Below are positions 12,445-26,188 of a stretch of DNA of 64,000 nucleotides, piece by piece (position 1 is the first letter of the stretch; each line of letters starts with the position of its first letter). The notes under the pieces are model-generated. The model had not been told where the DNA came from. It saw nothing but the letters and a program-made list of their open reading frames with translations, and made no database searches. Source of the DNA: Takakia lepidozioides (Eukaryota; Plantae; Bryophyta); the NCBI GenBank assembly GCA_030704615.1, contig CM060732.1, forward strand, positions 65,534,001-65,598,000. Direction: 5' to 3'. The position numbers and the translations under genes were made by a program.

Positions 12445-12775
12445 ATTATGACGCCTCCAAAAGGAAGCGCAAATTATGGTGTCTCCAGACCCCAAAGTGC
12501 TACTGCCACCAATTGGTGGACTAAACCCACAACCACTTTCGAGGAACTTTGTTGTCAATGTGTGGGAACATCATGGGCTTATACCAAGTTGTAGCTGGGG
12601 GGGGGGATGACTGAGCAGCAGCAAAAGTAGTAATGGGCACATACCACCTGGATGTGCACATGGAAGTGGTTGTGGGTTCAATCCATGTCACAAAGGTGTC
12701 CACTTTCCTGCGGGAAGGAGTTGCCCTTCCAGGTGAAGAGACACCATAACTTGCCTCAGGGAGGTGTCATTATGT
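12445..12775. mobile_element. Foldback/MITE-like element with long imperfect inverted repeats
   Basis: TATGACGCCTCC...AATTATGGTGTCTC (12447-12485) pairs with GAGACACCATAACT...GGAGGTGTCATTA (12738-12772). Inner TGGACTAAACCCACAACCACTT pairs with AAGTGGTTGTGGGTTCAATCCA. Confidence 0.6.
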
Positions 12776-13630
12776 TATACAGATGGGGTCCATAAAGTTG
12801 GGGTTTTTCAGGAATGACATTATGGTTGTAATGACACTCCCTATTTGGACAAACATGCAGGTCTCACATATCCATAGTATAGCAATGGCCTATTCAATTG
12901 CTCTGTGTGCACATTGCACCACAGTGTGAATATACCAACACATTGGAGAAGTCCTCCACATCTAACTCTGACTACATTTGCCAACTACTTCACTTCTATT
13001 TAATATACGAAATAGGCATGATCACATTAAGCCGGTAAAACCATCTGGGCAGGATGGCATTTGGAGGCCATGGGATCATCAAATGGCTATAGGTATCAAT
13101 TATCTTGCCCTCTTGTGATAAGAAAACAAGTGGCTAAGCTAGGCTCTCTAGGGCTCTTCCTTGTGAATAGTGAAATCTACTTTCATCCATCATGAATTTA
13201 CAATTTCATAAGTCGGTCAGCAAGAGAGATGTTACCTGAGGGAGGTGTTACCTGGAGAAGGCATATCATACAGGAGAATTGCAGGGATGTAGCATGGTCC
13301 TTAAAACGTCCCTTCAGCTTTGTGCTGCGCTCATGCAAAGTACTCGTCTTAGAGATTGAATCCACAAGAAGTGGAGACTGGAGACACCCGAGTGGGCATG
13401 GTCGGTGACGCCACCTCTGCAGTGGCGGCAGTGATAAGAAATGCAACCAACACAAAGTGAGAGCTGAATGCAAAATCTGTGTATACTGATCCTGCCCTAT
13501 CCGTCCCAAGGTGTGGACGACCCTTCTTCGTCATATGAACAGGTTCGGTGGGTGATCATGGTAAGTATCAGACCCTTGGCTGAGGGTTGAAATTTGTGGA
13601 GATTATGTCGCCTTTCCATGCTGTCCACGG

Positions 13631-13746
13631 AGAAAGAAAGAAAGAGAGAGAGAAAGGAAAACAGCTTAAAGAAAGCAAGAAAGAGAGAGAGAAAGTAAAA
13701 CAGCTTAAAGAAAGAAAGAAAGAGAGAGAGAAACAAACAGCTTAAG
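13631..13746 (+). repeat. ~39-bp purine-rich tandem repeat x3
   Basis: AGAAAGAAAGAAAGAGAGAGAGAAAG(G/T)AAAACAGCTTAA repeated three times. Confidence 0.9.
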
Positions 13747-16700
13747 TAATGGTGGGACAAAAGAACAAAAGCAAGCAAGAAACGAGGAAAAAGGTGGGGC
13801 CCTCAAAGATTCGAAAACCTAGGCTTTAACATCGAGAAATTCTCGAAGTTTGAAACTCTGTCAGGGCTTGGCTATCTTCTGAAGAAACAGCGGATTTCGT
13901 AGTACCTGGAGCATCTGTCCCATCTGCCCGTCTCCATGCTCAGACCGTGGGATCCCACCCTGAACCGACGTAGACGGCGGTGCATGCATCATTGGGATGT
14001 ATGATTCCGTCATGCGAGGGAATGAAAGGAACTTTATAGGTAGCCTCCGGCGATCACTGGGAGCTCAAAGAGCATCCGAGACGATGGGAAAAAGCAGACA
14101 GCAAACGTGGGCCCCCAACAAGAATCACAAAGCTACAACCACCGTGGAAAACCCAGAGACGTGTGTAAGGAGAAAAAACTGAAACAAACGAAGATATAGA
14201 AGTTACAGCTTTAGGGAGAGAAGAACAAAGATAGCAATAATAACCAAAATGTGCCCAGCTCATATTGATCAGCTGGACTTGGGAAGGGTTCCACCAACCT
14301 TGGGTCGAATTGACTTCAGAATGTGCCAATATGCGCGCCTCTACACACCTCAATCCACTAATAACGTACAACTTAGTTTGCCAAAGGCGCATGATGTGAA
14401 TCTGGGAGAGAAGGCCCATTAGCTTGGTGAACATGTCAGTGATTCAAGTTAGAGATTGAATTGCTGAATTGCACAAGTTACAATTTTAAATGGAGAAGGA
14501 GATACTCTGGATTGAGGGTTTTTTTAACAATTGTATCAGGTGCAACTAGGAGCAATTTCAGAATCTTTGAGGCTTTTCAATGTCTACAAGGATAGAAGGC
14601 TCATTAGCTCGGATGGTATGTGATCAAAATCTCCCGGGACCTTATGTACCTGTGATTTATGCGCGGGATGTTTGTCAAACTATCTTTCTCTTTACTGGAA
14701 TTGCATAGAGCAGAAGGCACAATTTTTCAGAGTTAAACAATCACTGACTGCACTGCAATGCTCTGAAGGTGGAATATGGAGATCCACTTATTAGCTGCAG
14801 CTCTCGAGCTACGGGATGGAACTATGTAAGTACCTCTCTTTCTTCTTTGGGCTTCCGGTACCTAGCACCTAACCTCTACACTGACAACTATCTCGCAAGC
14901 CTTGAAAATTACCGGTATACTCCAGCATGTATCAATGGCATTGTTAGGTTTCGCAGATGTCGAGGGGATGTCGCAGCGTGGAAGACTTTCTATGGATAAA
15001 CCACGCGCCGGTACTCCATTGGAACACGTCCGAGTCAGTTAGCGATACGTCAGCTGCATTGAGTAGGTAAGAGATGTATCTGTTAATGAGTGCAGGAGAA
15101 AATTGCTCACCTTCTTTACACGCTGTATGGGCTAGCCCCGAAACCCTAATCTGCAATCAGGATTCCTGTCAGTAGTAACGAGGTTTGGTGGCATTATGGC
15201 TCATCAGAGAAGAATGCCACATTTGTGGAATGTCCTCAGCTTATGTATGTACAAGCAGCTGAGAATACAAAATTGAGATAAGATTGGCAATGACAATCTA
15301 ATAAAGTCTGTCTTTCAGAAAGTGCGCTTCTGAATCGTGTGACTCGGGTATACCTTGAATGCTGCGAGACAAGGGATAAGTTAATCGCGGATAAATGTGC
15401 TATTGGAGAGACGGACGTTGAAGGGCTGACTCGGCCAACTTGTATAAGAGTTTCGAACTCTAAAATCTCTGTAAACCTTTGCAGGAGTTTCGAAAGCTTC
15501 ACTTTGAGGTTTTCTGAAGTTCTTGGACAGATGGAAATTAGATTATGGGTGATCAAGCATCTTTGTTCATTTTGGCGCATCAAGATAAAATCTTACATAA
15601 TCTCAACATACAAGTCCATACCATCATTGTCGAAACAGCTAAAACTCCTGGATTGAATTTGAAAATTTCGTCTTCATGATTGCCTTTTGTTTTTCACGGA
15701 AAGTCCACATACCGTAGTGAACCCTCCAAGTGAGTTTTTTGTTTTTTGTCTCGGTAATACTGATTGACCGCTGATTGTGTTCCACTGCCACCGACAAGTC
15801 AGTAGAAGAAGAATATGACTTCGGCTCAAACCTCAGTAACTAATGTCACTTCATCTCTACTGCCCCCTTTGGAGAACGGGCCCCCTGTGTAGTCTCTACA
15901 ATTTAAATCCACTACTATCTTCGATGGCACCTACGAAAGTGCAAAATAGCTTTCGGATACCACGAAGTTGATCGTTAAGTTCTATGAAGAACCTGAAAGA
16001 GTGAGAATCTCTCCTAAAAAGGAGAAGAAGATCTACTACCTGTAGTGTTCAAATCAACACACGGACAACACCACCATCTCCCCATTGTAGATCATCACGC
16101 AATGGCAGGAACTACTATACACCAGATCTGACTGTCACAGCCTCTACAATCATTAGAGCGACCCCCAGAAATGATTGTCGTCGTTGAAATGATATCGAGG
16201 ACACGGAGCTGGGGAGACTGTGAGATGATGAGTGATGGAAGCGAGTTTCTTGCAAATGAGAAGTGAGAGAGACGATGCAGCCGTGACCGACCTGCGAATG
16301 TCCTCGTCAACGTCCGTCGTAACGATGATGGACGTTAGACGGACAGACTGTAAGAATTAGTTTCTAACTCTTGCTTCGCTCATATTTCGTTGACGTTCGT
16401 TGACATTCCGTTTCGCTGGACGTACCGAGTGCGGAGAAACGCATGAGAATGAATAATTCGTCACGTGTTTGTATGTGCCTAGTAAGTTACTAGCATCTTT
16501 CTATTTGCATGCTGCACCGACACGTGGATGGGAACCGGGCAATGTGTCGGCCGGGCCTTGAGGACCGCGGTTTCTCCGGGCGCCTGGCAGAAGCAAGACG
16601 AGGTGCGGGTGTGCAATGCATCGCGAAGAGAATGAGACAATGGAGCCGCCCGTCGGATCGCTGAGTGCAAATTCACTGCGGTTTGCGACCAAATTTGAAT

Positions 16701-17706
16701 GCAGGAGTGAGAAGAAGAAGACGACGATTTTGGTGAGTGCAAATTGTTTGTTGGTTGCCAGAGAATTTCAGGACAAGAATGTTTTTGTGGTGCTCAAGAT
16801 CAGTTGTTGTTGTTTGGAGGACAATTTGAAGACAGACAGGTCTTGGCGAGGTCGTTGTAGGCGAGTGAGATACATGTATCACTTCTTGGTAGATCTCTAC
16901 TCGGGCAGGGTTGATTTGGGTCGGGGTAGATCAGTTGGTGTTTTGCAAGACAATTTGCTGGCGGGAGTGGAGAGATGGTCAATGCGAGTATAGGTCAGTT
17001 GTGAGCATGAGACTAGCAGTTGCGGTTGAGAAAAGACTGTCCAGGTCTGGAGGGAAGAGTGTGATAAGGAATTCTAAGGGTGGTTTGAAGAGCGTGAGCA
17101 TTGATTGACTTATCATGCTGAGGTCAGGCGTGCACCGCAGTTCTATAATTGTCATTAGGTCAGATCATTTCTCTCGTCAGAGTTGTGGGGTGCTGGTCGG
17201 GTCCGGATTACAGGCAGCGTGGTTAGTGTCACTCTAAAAACAAATTGGAAAACTGATATGCAAGATCAGTAGGAGAGAGAAAAGGAGCCCCTCCCCGTTT
17301 CCGATTATAGGAGAATGGGGGAACACCTTGGATGTCAGCTTCGAGTGGAGCTGACATCTGGGTCAAAAGAAAATGAGGGAGGAGAGACTTGGAGTGGGTG
17401 GAGAGGACCCATGGGAGAGGTGCATGCCCAGCCGAGGGGAATTCCCTTGCGTCAGATTACAATTGATTGGGGGAGAGGTGAATATGACGTTTCAGAGATG
17501 CAAGCTCCTCGATTTCCTTTGAGTCGAAGATGAGGGAAAAAGTCTTTTGTTTTAAGCAACTGGTTCCCACAGATTTGTTAGGAGGGGAATGAGCTCCAGA
17601 AAGATCAAGAGCAACAACGAAAACATGGTCTGTCTCAGGTTCTTGGATCATTTTGTTCGCCGCACTCATAAAAGAGGGAGGAGGGGGACGAAGAAAGGCG
17701 GTAACA

Positions 17707-20700
17707 ATGCAAAATTGGAGGAATGCAGCATGCACGGTGCGCTCCACGATTTTTGTGGTGATTTTACTCGTGGCCACTTTGCTGCTATGCGATTACTACA
17801 AATGGCGTCGTCTCTCTCTGCCCTGGTATGCCAGCTCAACTCTAGATGTCTTCGATGCGCCTATCCTGGCCCCTCCATCCAATGGAGAGACTGCTGGCCA
17901 GTATTCTGTTGAAAAAGGTCAGTCTCTTCAACTATCTGTTCATTGTAAATACTGCCGAGAACAATTGCCCGAGGTAGGCTAGACGCTCATGTTGTTAGTT
18001 TAATTGGGCATTCTGGAAGTGTCAGTGGAAATTTGCCAAGGCCTTTGAAGAATCCCCCATCAATTCCTTTTCAGTTTCACTCTTGCGAACGTACTTCCAA
18101 GGTGGGGTCGTTATCTACAGCACTGCACGGGTCAACGCGCATACGTTTAGACCAGAGCGGTGCTCTAGCTAACGCGTTAGGTATCCTGCCTGGGGAGTAT
18201 GTTTGCAAGGATGGAACTCAGGAATTGTCGGGGGCATACAAGTAGTGGAGTATGCGGGATAAATCGATGCAACGCCAAGAAGCTTACTTTCTCTGGAGCA
18301 ATCTACTTTGACCTCAACATTACAGTGACTGTGTCAGATCTGGACAGTAATTGAACTTCTTCAACTTCAAAGATCTAAGTGTAGGGTACTACTGTGGTAA
18401 TATGGGCCACCTGTGGGTCTCACTGGTTTGCCTGGCCCATGGAATCCCACCCACACTGCCTTACATCCAACAGTATTATGTTGAAAAGTGAAGCTTTCTT
18501 CAAGCTCAATTTTCACCCGTAGTCATTTTCAGGTGTTGTTTTTAATTTAAGTGCCTCTTCATGATTTGCTGAAATCTTTTGAAGATGTCAAACCACCTCA
18601 AGCCGGCCTGCAAGTGATACCCTGTGATGCCACAAAGGAAAAGACTGTCTAACTGGAACTTTTATCCATTGCAGGCCCAGCTGATTCTTTAGGGACACAA
18701 AACACATTAGCCCCCTTTGCTACCCCATCATTGCAGACTGACAATTCAAACCCTGCAACACAAACTCCCATTGCTCAGTCATCACCAACAATGGAAAATC
18801 CCACAACTGTGCCAGCACTCACAACAAGCCCCTCTCAGCCATCGCCTGATGTCCCTGTGGCAGTTCCTCCCACGGATCCTCATGTCAAGGTTGGTAGCAC
18901 AGTTTTTTTACTCACTAACCACCAGTGCCTTGCTTAATTTTCATTCTTGTCCATTAATCTCTTACAAATTTTGAATTGTGTAGCAGCTCTGCCAGCACCT
19001 TCCAGCAATGACCCCATTGTGATCTCTCCTATGCATGCTCATTATGTCTACTTGGTTGTGATCTTAGCGTGGACTGCTAAGATTTACGTGTGATCTAGTG
19101 CCCCACATTGATAGCTGAAGGAATTAAAAGAGGCAGGTAGTTTAAGTCTTAAATTGGGCATACAGTTAGGTTAGTCATACAGCAGGTTGGCAAATGGTTA
19201 ATTCACATATGGAAATAGGGTCAGGCTTCTGTTGCTTGATTCTAACATTGAGACAGTCTTATTCACAACGGTAGGTTCTGTCAAACTATCTGCAGAGTCA
19301 ACTGACAAGAGGGCACTGTTTATTATTCTCTTCTGCAACTGTTGGAGTTACAACTTGTTTGGGTGCTTGTGGTTCTGCTGTATGCATTGCTGATCAGCTG
19401 CCACCAATTAGGCTCACCCTGTTGTGGCGGTTGCAGAAATCAGCACCCAAGTTGTCAAGTCTGCAGAAGCTGGAAGCAGGCTTGGGGCACGCACGCTCAG
19501 CAATCAGGAAAGCCGTAGTAGGGGGGATTGACTCCACAAAGCCAGGTGGGCAAGGCAGTGATTATGAGCCATTTGGGGATGTCTACAGAAATGCTGCAAC
19601 ATTCCGCCAGTATGGACCTCCCTTCTCCCACTCGATTTCTTAAGTGACTTGATCGTTTGGCAATTGAATGCTCACTTTAGAATGACTTCTCATAGATTTC
19701 TCCATGAGATTGAGAACTGTGACAAGGACAGCTTGATATGGAAGGAGTCAAAGTTCTGATTGACTTGGAGTTGGCAGGAGCTACTGGGAGATGGAGAAGC
19801 GGTTCAAGGTGTTTGCATATCCAGAGGGTGAGGAGCCACTGGTGCATAATGGACCGTGCAAAGAGATATACGCAATTGAGGGCCGCTTCATTCAAGAGCT
19901 GCAAGGGGATAACCCCTTTTTGACTACTGATACCACAGAAGCCCATGTGTTTTTTCTTCCTTTCAGCGTCGCGATGATGGTAACCTACCTCTATGAAGAT
20001 GAGACGCAAGATATCCATCCCCTCCAACACTTTGTCAAGGACTATGTTGATGTTGTAATGCAGAAGTACCCTTTTTGGAACCGGAGTGGTGGCGCCGACC
20101 ACTTCATGCTCTCTTGCCACGATTGGGTAAGTGATTAAGATCTTGAACTTAACTGACTTCAAAAGTTTCTTTCGAGACAATTTTGTGTAAAATTTGAGAT
20201 CGAGTGTCTGGTCATTTTCATTAGGTTTCTTGTTTCTTCCGGTTCCTTGTATACTGGAGGATCCTGGGAAGTTCAGGTATATTGAATCTTAATATTCTTG
20301 AAGATACTCAATCTCCAGTATCCTCTGACTAGGTGGACAGCTCAGCTATCTGTGTAGATTTTCCTTCTTGTGTTCTGGGGTGTGGGGGACGCATGGGGTC
20401 AGGCTCCTGAACTTTGAAGTGGCCTGTCTCAAGTTCTGCAGGGTCCCGCAGTAACAAATGTGAACCCCGATTTGGCAAAAAGCTCAATTCGTGTGCTTTG
20501 CAATGCGAATACATCAGAAGGGTACGTACCATGGAAGGATGCCAGTCTGCCTGAAATCAATTTGATAGGGGGCAGGATTCCAACAAAGCTTGGTGGTGCC
20601 CCAGCCAATGAAAGACCCTACCTAGCATTCTTTGCAGGGGGTGACCATGGCCCTGTGCGGCCGCACTTGTTCAGATATTGGGAAGGAAAAGACGAGGATG

Positions 20701-21603
20701 TGAAGGTGTATCGCTCACTGCCTGCAGGCCTTGATTATCACGAACTCATGAAGAAGAGCAGGTGAATCTCATAGGAACTACGGCCATGAGTGCTGGTCAC
20801 CCATTTCGAAAGAGTGGTTGGTGTTTTAGCCTTAGCTACGGCACATTCTGATGCTTTCAGGGTGGACTTGTCTTTTTCATGTTGGGAATCTATACTCAGA
20901 AATTTAGCTTTTAGGACTGAGGGCCTACGGTCAGTTGGATTTGAGTGAAGTTACATTCAAGCATTGTGGGAGAAACAGTGTTTACATTTTTGTGGACCTG
21001 ACTTTCAGCTGCCGTCAACGCAGGTTTTGCATTTGTCCTGGCGGTTACGAGGTCAACAGCCCACGAATTGTGGAGGCGATCTACAATGACTGTGTGCCTG
21101 TGGTCATTGCAGACAAATTTGTGCTGCCATTCAGCGATGTGTTGAACTGGAGTTCATTCTCCATTCATGTGAATGAAAGTGAAATCCCTAATCTGAAAGA
21201 GATTCTGCAAGCTATCTCCATAGAAACGTATGTCTCCATGCAGGTCTCTCTCTTTCCCCTACACACTATCTCCATGTTAACATCATTTTTTTACTATGAT
21301 GACAATGTCTTAAATGAGCACTTGAAAATTCCCTGGAATGTATGAGGACGGATCTCACACTCGCTGTATTTCCTCCTCTCATTTTCCGTCAAGACAGTAA
21401 TGATCATGGGTGAGCTCTGGAGTTGATATTCAGGGATCCACATACTAATTATTAATCGTTTGCACAACTGACTGCAGGAGCAGGTGAAACAGGTGCGACT
21501 GCACTTTTTACTCAACCAACCACCTGAGAGATATGATGTATTCCATATGATTCTTCATTCCGTGTGGTTGAGGCGTTTGAACATTCGGATAAACACTCTG
21601 TAG
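17707..21603 (+). CDS. Exostosin-family (GT47) glycosyltransferase, type II membrane protein; 7 exons: 17707-17917, 18675-18889, 19437-19609, 19778-20126, 20442-20761, 21024-21243, 21478-21603
   Basis: N-terminal TM ([14 protein letters not shown]) and P/S/T-rich stem. GT47 motifs [76 protein letters not shown]. All introns GT-AG with consistent phases. Confidence 0.95.
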
Positions 21604-21959
21604 ATTGGCTTCTCACCTCCTTGGCTCCTTCATACAAAGCTTTTATAAGGGTAGGGAAATCTTGAACCTTGCCCCTTCACAGGATCATTCATTATTTGAC
21701 TCATCTTCACAGATCGCAATAATTCTCCTTCGGGTTTCCTGTTTGCATTCAAAAGAAAGGCAGATTCTTGCAGAATACAGTATTCTAATAATGCCGAGGA
21801 AGAATACGTCGTCGAATGTTGGTGTAATTGCAGAAGACAATAAATGACTTGGAGAAGGATGAAAATTTTATCTGGGATGAGGAAGCTCAATTTCTTCAAC
21901 CAATCAATCTGATAAAGAATGTGGGATTTTCATCCCTTGAATGCAACATGGGCCTTCCC

Positions 21960-22120
21960 CAATCACATTCAACAGGTGACCTTTCTGAGGACCTTTCTTG
22001 GGATTGTGAATGCCCATTGTGTGGGCAACCCGAAGACTATATCCACCTTCTGATTCTTTGTCCTGGGTTACCTCACCAGAGAGGTACTCTTCAAATCCAT
22101 CAAGGAATTGTTCCTGTACC
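21960..22120 (+). mobile_element. Non-LTR (LINE) zinc-finger (zf-RVT-like) fragment
   Basis: CECPLCGQPEDYIHLLILCP fits the CxxC-x-E-xxxHL-xxxC motif of LINE ORF2 C-termini. Confidence 0.45.
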
Positions 22121-23435
22121 TCTGTTTACCAGAGCACTGGCCATTACACCCAACTACACATTATTGGAGCGTTTGAAATTTTTCCACACGGGTTCCAGAC
22201 ATGTTCTTTAGGTTCAGTACACTTTCTTATCAGCTCAGAGATTCCGTATCTTTCCATTTGAGTTTCACAATTGTAGTTGACGGAATAGTACTCACCTTGT
22301 CCAGAACTCCATGCCACGCACCATCAATAACATCTAGATAGCTGATTCCATGATCAATCCAGGGTGCTAAAGCCAATGGACACTTTCCTTGCACGCATTC
22401 TACTAGTCATAGAGCGTGTCACGAAGATATTCGAGCTGAAGTGGGGGGGGTTTGATGGATGGAAATTATTGATGATTCTGCCCAAAGTTTGATGAAATAC
22501 GTTTAATAGAAGGGCTTTTGGGAGGAAGGGGCGCAAGGGCAAATCCTTTGGGAAACGCAGTGTCTTTTGGCACCTTCGCTGGCCCTAAGTTCCCCTCCCT
22601 TGCCCTCTTTGGGCTTCTGTGGTGACGCTTGCCGCTTCAATCCACCACTGTAGTTTACATGATATTCATCTCTGAAGTCGTGCATGTTTCTTTCATTAGC
22701 TCTAGTTGCAGTAGAAAGCGAAGTTCTTATGTGCTAATACATTATCCTGCATAAGCAAGAATTAGTTCCACAGATAACTCTCACAACTGATGCATGCAGT
22801 CTGCAGCATTTATGGGTGAAGTGATGGTTACATTAGTGCTTTCACATCAGACATTATTTCGACGGATGATGTACATGCCCTAGACTGCCTTCTGCTGTAC
22901 CACGCTTGCACTGACAAGCTGTTGAGAAAGAGAAATGAAATGAAATGAAACGGTGCTAAAGAGAAAGAGAGAGAGGACACCGGCTGAAGCCAACGTAAAT
23001 CAGAGTCTCTGGCACTTGTGGGTGTTGCCGGGGGTGGCTCTACGCAAGTTTATTTAGTTAAAGGCAACAATATGCATGCAGGGTTACAATGATCATGGAT
23101 ACGGTGGTTAGATTATGGCCGGCAATTGTTTGAGTGCCCGAACTTCAACTGGTATAATCAGGTTACTTTCTCGTGATTTTTGTGGTGAATAGCAGACTTT
23201 CGGTTTCCGTTATCCATGGTAGATAGATAACCACACATGGCGAAATGGCCAGCCTGGATTAAGAGTCCCTTTGCAACGAAGGAGCCGGAGCCACCGCCTG
23301 CACCAGCGCCAGTGCCATTTTTCCCTCCATACAACAGTATTTCTAGTGTAATCCTTGCTACCTTTATAATAACGCATTTCTACCTTTTGTTCAAGCGGTA
23401 TTACATTTGACAAGAGCGTAAGCGGCCGCCTCATT

Positions 23436-23443
23436 TATATAAA
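23436..23443 (+). promoter_or_regulatory. Candidate TATA box for the first Gag-RNase H gene (possible 5'-UTR intron 23772-24610)
   Basis: TATATAAA at 23436; donor AAG|GTGGGT at 23771/2; acceptor TTGTAG| at 24610, 82 nt before the ATG. Confidence 0.35.
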
Positions 23444-24692
23444 AAGGACACGAGGAAAGGGAAAGGGAAAGCCGTCTAATCACGACCTAGTGCCGGGGTT
23501 CACTGAATGAAGAAGACTCGGTACTGATGTGGTCCACGGAAAAATCACGGAGATCCCTCCATACAATTGGGTTTCTAGTGTACTTCTGGCTGCCTTCTTC
23601 CTAGCGCAAAAGTATTCTGGTATCAAGCGCTATTCTATTTGAGAAGATCTCTGACAATGTGATGTCAAGAAGGAAGATGGACAACTCGGACGATGGAGTT
23701 GACTGATGAACGGAGAAGACTCAATCACTTCGAACCTTCCGCAACAGATAGAGCTCTGCTTCCCTAACAAGGTGGGTTATATGATATATAGTCGAAGGCG
23801 TGAGGAACACATTTATGCTGGCCACCGTCTTCTACTAGAGGGTTCAAGATGGGCGTTCTGTGTAACCACCATCACTGCAGGATGGAAGCTGCACTTGGAT
23901 CCTGAACAAGTTTGCAAACTTGAGATAGCTTGTAAAGATTTTCAGTGCTTCAATTTGACACGACAATCTTGATTTCTAACTAAAAAAATCAGTGATGTTC
24001 CTGTTTTGGCAAAAAATCAGTGATTGTTTCCTACCAGTTGGGCATTGTAGTGTTCAAGGACGCCAAAGATAATTTCACCGTGTATATAGATCGATAGCTA
24101 GTTACTTTGATTTGCATTCTAAAGCTCAAAGCTTACCTGGTCTGGACACGAAATATACATAGTTTCTCAGATTATGTTAACGTACGTAATCATTGAGCGA
24201 GCAACTTTTACTATATCATATATACAAGCTGAGGCGCTTCTGAAAATACCGTTCTGAGGTCCGTCCCAGTAAGCTCTAGATGAATGTCGTCTTCTCTTCT
24301 CGATCTAGTCTAGACGTCTCTAGGTATTTGCGTTCGAACTAGTTGTTGCCGGGTTGTTGCCTGGACGATGTTGGAAGCTCAATGTCACTGTTTCGATCGA
24401 TTTGAGATCATCCTCTTTATAAAATGTAGAATAGTGAAATGATGTGGGAGCCTTGTCGATTTCGGTTACCCCGTTCGATCAACCTTTGTCTAGGCGAGTC
24501 TAGACTGCACTTGAATGCTGACCAATTGTGGAACACTTTTAGAAACGTTCGCAGATGTTGAGTGGTGAACTGCTGGACCTTGTGCTCACAGAATCTAGTT
24601 TGTATTGTAGGTATTCTTGGATCTCTGAGGGCATCGCAAGTCTGATATGACTCATTAACTCAGGAAGTGTCGAAACTTACTACTGTCAAAGT

Positions 24693-26188
24693 ATGAGGCG
24701 ACAATATGCGTTGAGCCCTCACCTAAGGCGTTACATTAGAATCTTCTTGAAGCGTGACTTTCGTCGACCGTCGCCTCAAGGCATTGTCATCCAACCTTTT
24801 TATGGAGTTGAAACAGTGGCAGAAGCTCAGCAATGGCTTTACGACTTCACTCAGTGGTCGGTTCAAGAGGATCTAACTACACAGGAGAGATTGTCCTATG
24901 TGGTCACGGCTATGTTTGGTGACGCCTCTACATGGTGCGCAGGCTTACAGCTGGAGAATGCGACATGGCTGGAGTTCTACTATCTTTTCTCGGAGACATT
25001 TATTTGCAGGATACTGCAATGGCCAGGTAACTCAATTATACTAGACCTCATGAGGGCTGAGAAACAATATTGTCTTCAGCATTTACAAACATTTGCCAGA
25101 AACGTTAGATCACGTCTTTCAGGCCGCACCGGGTTTCTCTTCTTCAGAAACACTGAAATCACTTCACAGGATACTTGCAAGTTACTTAATTGTCTGATGT
25201 ATGCTGTTGTGTACATTCCACAGGAGGGTGCTGCGGGTGCTTAAAATTGCAGATATATATATACCTTCATGCTCCCTTCATGGCATGTATGCTAGACCAG
25301 ATTAAAATATTCGCTTGTTAGACTCAGTGCCTGGATTGTGGTGCCTGCAGGCTCACGTCTTTACCCATACTTTCTACATTTTTGTGGGATCGCACGAGAG
25401 AATATAGGGCGGCCCGCTGGGCCTGCTGGAATAGGGACAGTTTTAACCACGCCGTCCCTAGATCATGACTGTGGCCATTTGGGCATGCGCATTGGACCCC
25501 AATGCACAATCAACGTGGCAGAATATGAGGCCCAGCTCATTGCAGGCCTAGAGGCAGCCCTTAAGCACGGTGTGAAGCATATCCTGGCTTTTGGGCGCTC
25601 TCGAAGGGTTTACAATCATGTAATGAATCAGCTTGAGCAAACTAATTCCTCTACAATTGGCTTCACTTTTTCTACAGCGAGCTCTTAGTGTCCACGACTT
25701 CGTGACTTTACGCCTGACTGCGTGATTATCTGATTTTGTTAGCTGGTCTCTGGATTTTAATACGCACGACAAATACGACTGACTTATTGTGTCTGGTGCA
25801 GGGTTTCTGTACATACTTAATGTCCATGACTGGTAGTTAGTGAGTGCTTTTGATATAATTCTTCAGGTCAGCTATGTAGAGTAGTACTGCCAACTCCTCA
25901 ATCTCGCAGATTTTGTTCCATTTGCAGGTTACTGGAACGTGGAAGGCATCTGATCCAGGGATGAAGCAATGCTTGATCAAGGTGCAGTGTCTTGCAAAAG
26001 TATTTGACAGCTTTGAGATTCGATGTTGCAATGGAAGGAAATACCATGCTGAGGCACACAGGCTTGCTCGTCAAGCCTTGGAGAACACTGTGCTTAAGGG
26101 CAGGGCAAAGGCCGACGCTCTTACTTACTCTGCCACCTGCCGGACTCGCCTCCCAGTGGAACCAGCTTTGCAGTCGGTCCAAGCCTGA
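24693..26188 (+). CDS. Gag-capsid-like / degenerate RNase H1 fusion gene, copy A (287 aa); exons 24693-25026, 25351-25619, 25928-26188
   Basis: Exon 1: PFYG...QQWL...ERLSY...MFGDASTWC...ATWLEFYYLFSETF (gypsy Gag pattern). Phase-1 intron CAG|GTAACT...TGCAG|. Exon 2: YFLHFCGIARENIG..GPAGIGTVL...TINVAEYEA..IAGLEAALKHGVKHILAFGRS. Phase-0 intron CAT|GTAATG...TTGCAG|. Exon 3: VTGTWKA...FDSFEI...HAEAHRLARQAL. Spliced frame is open (864 nt). Confidence 0.8.

Noticed and set aside
13631-13746. Regular repeats as a CRISPR-like array
   Set aside because: Eukaryotic context and no unique spacers. A simple minisatellite.
14330-14450. DMFTKLMG resembling the copia RNase H end
   Set aside because: A single short motif with no supporting upstream homology.
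13200-15060. Exon-like pieces (signal-peptide-like 13349-13534 -, GTAAG donor at ~14826 +)
   Set aside because: Could not be joined into a stop-free gene model or matched to a family.
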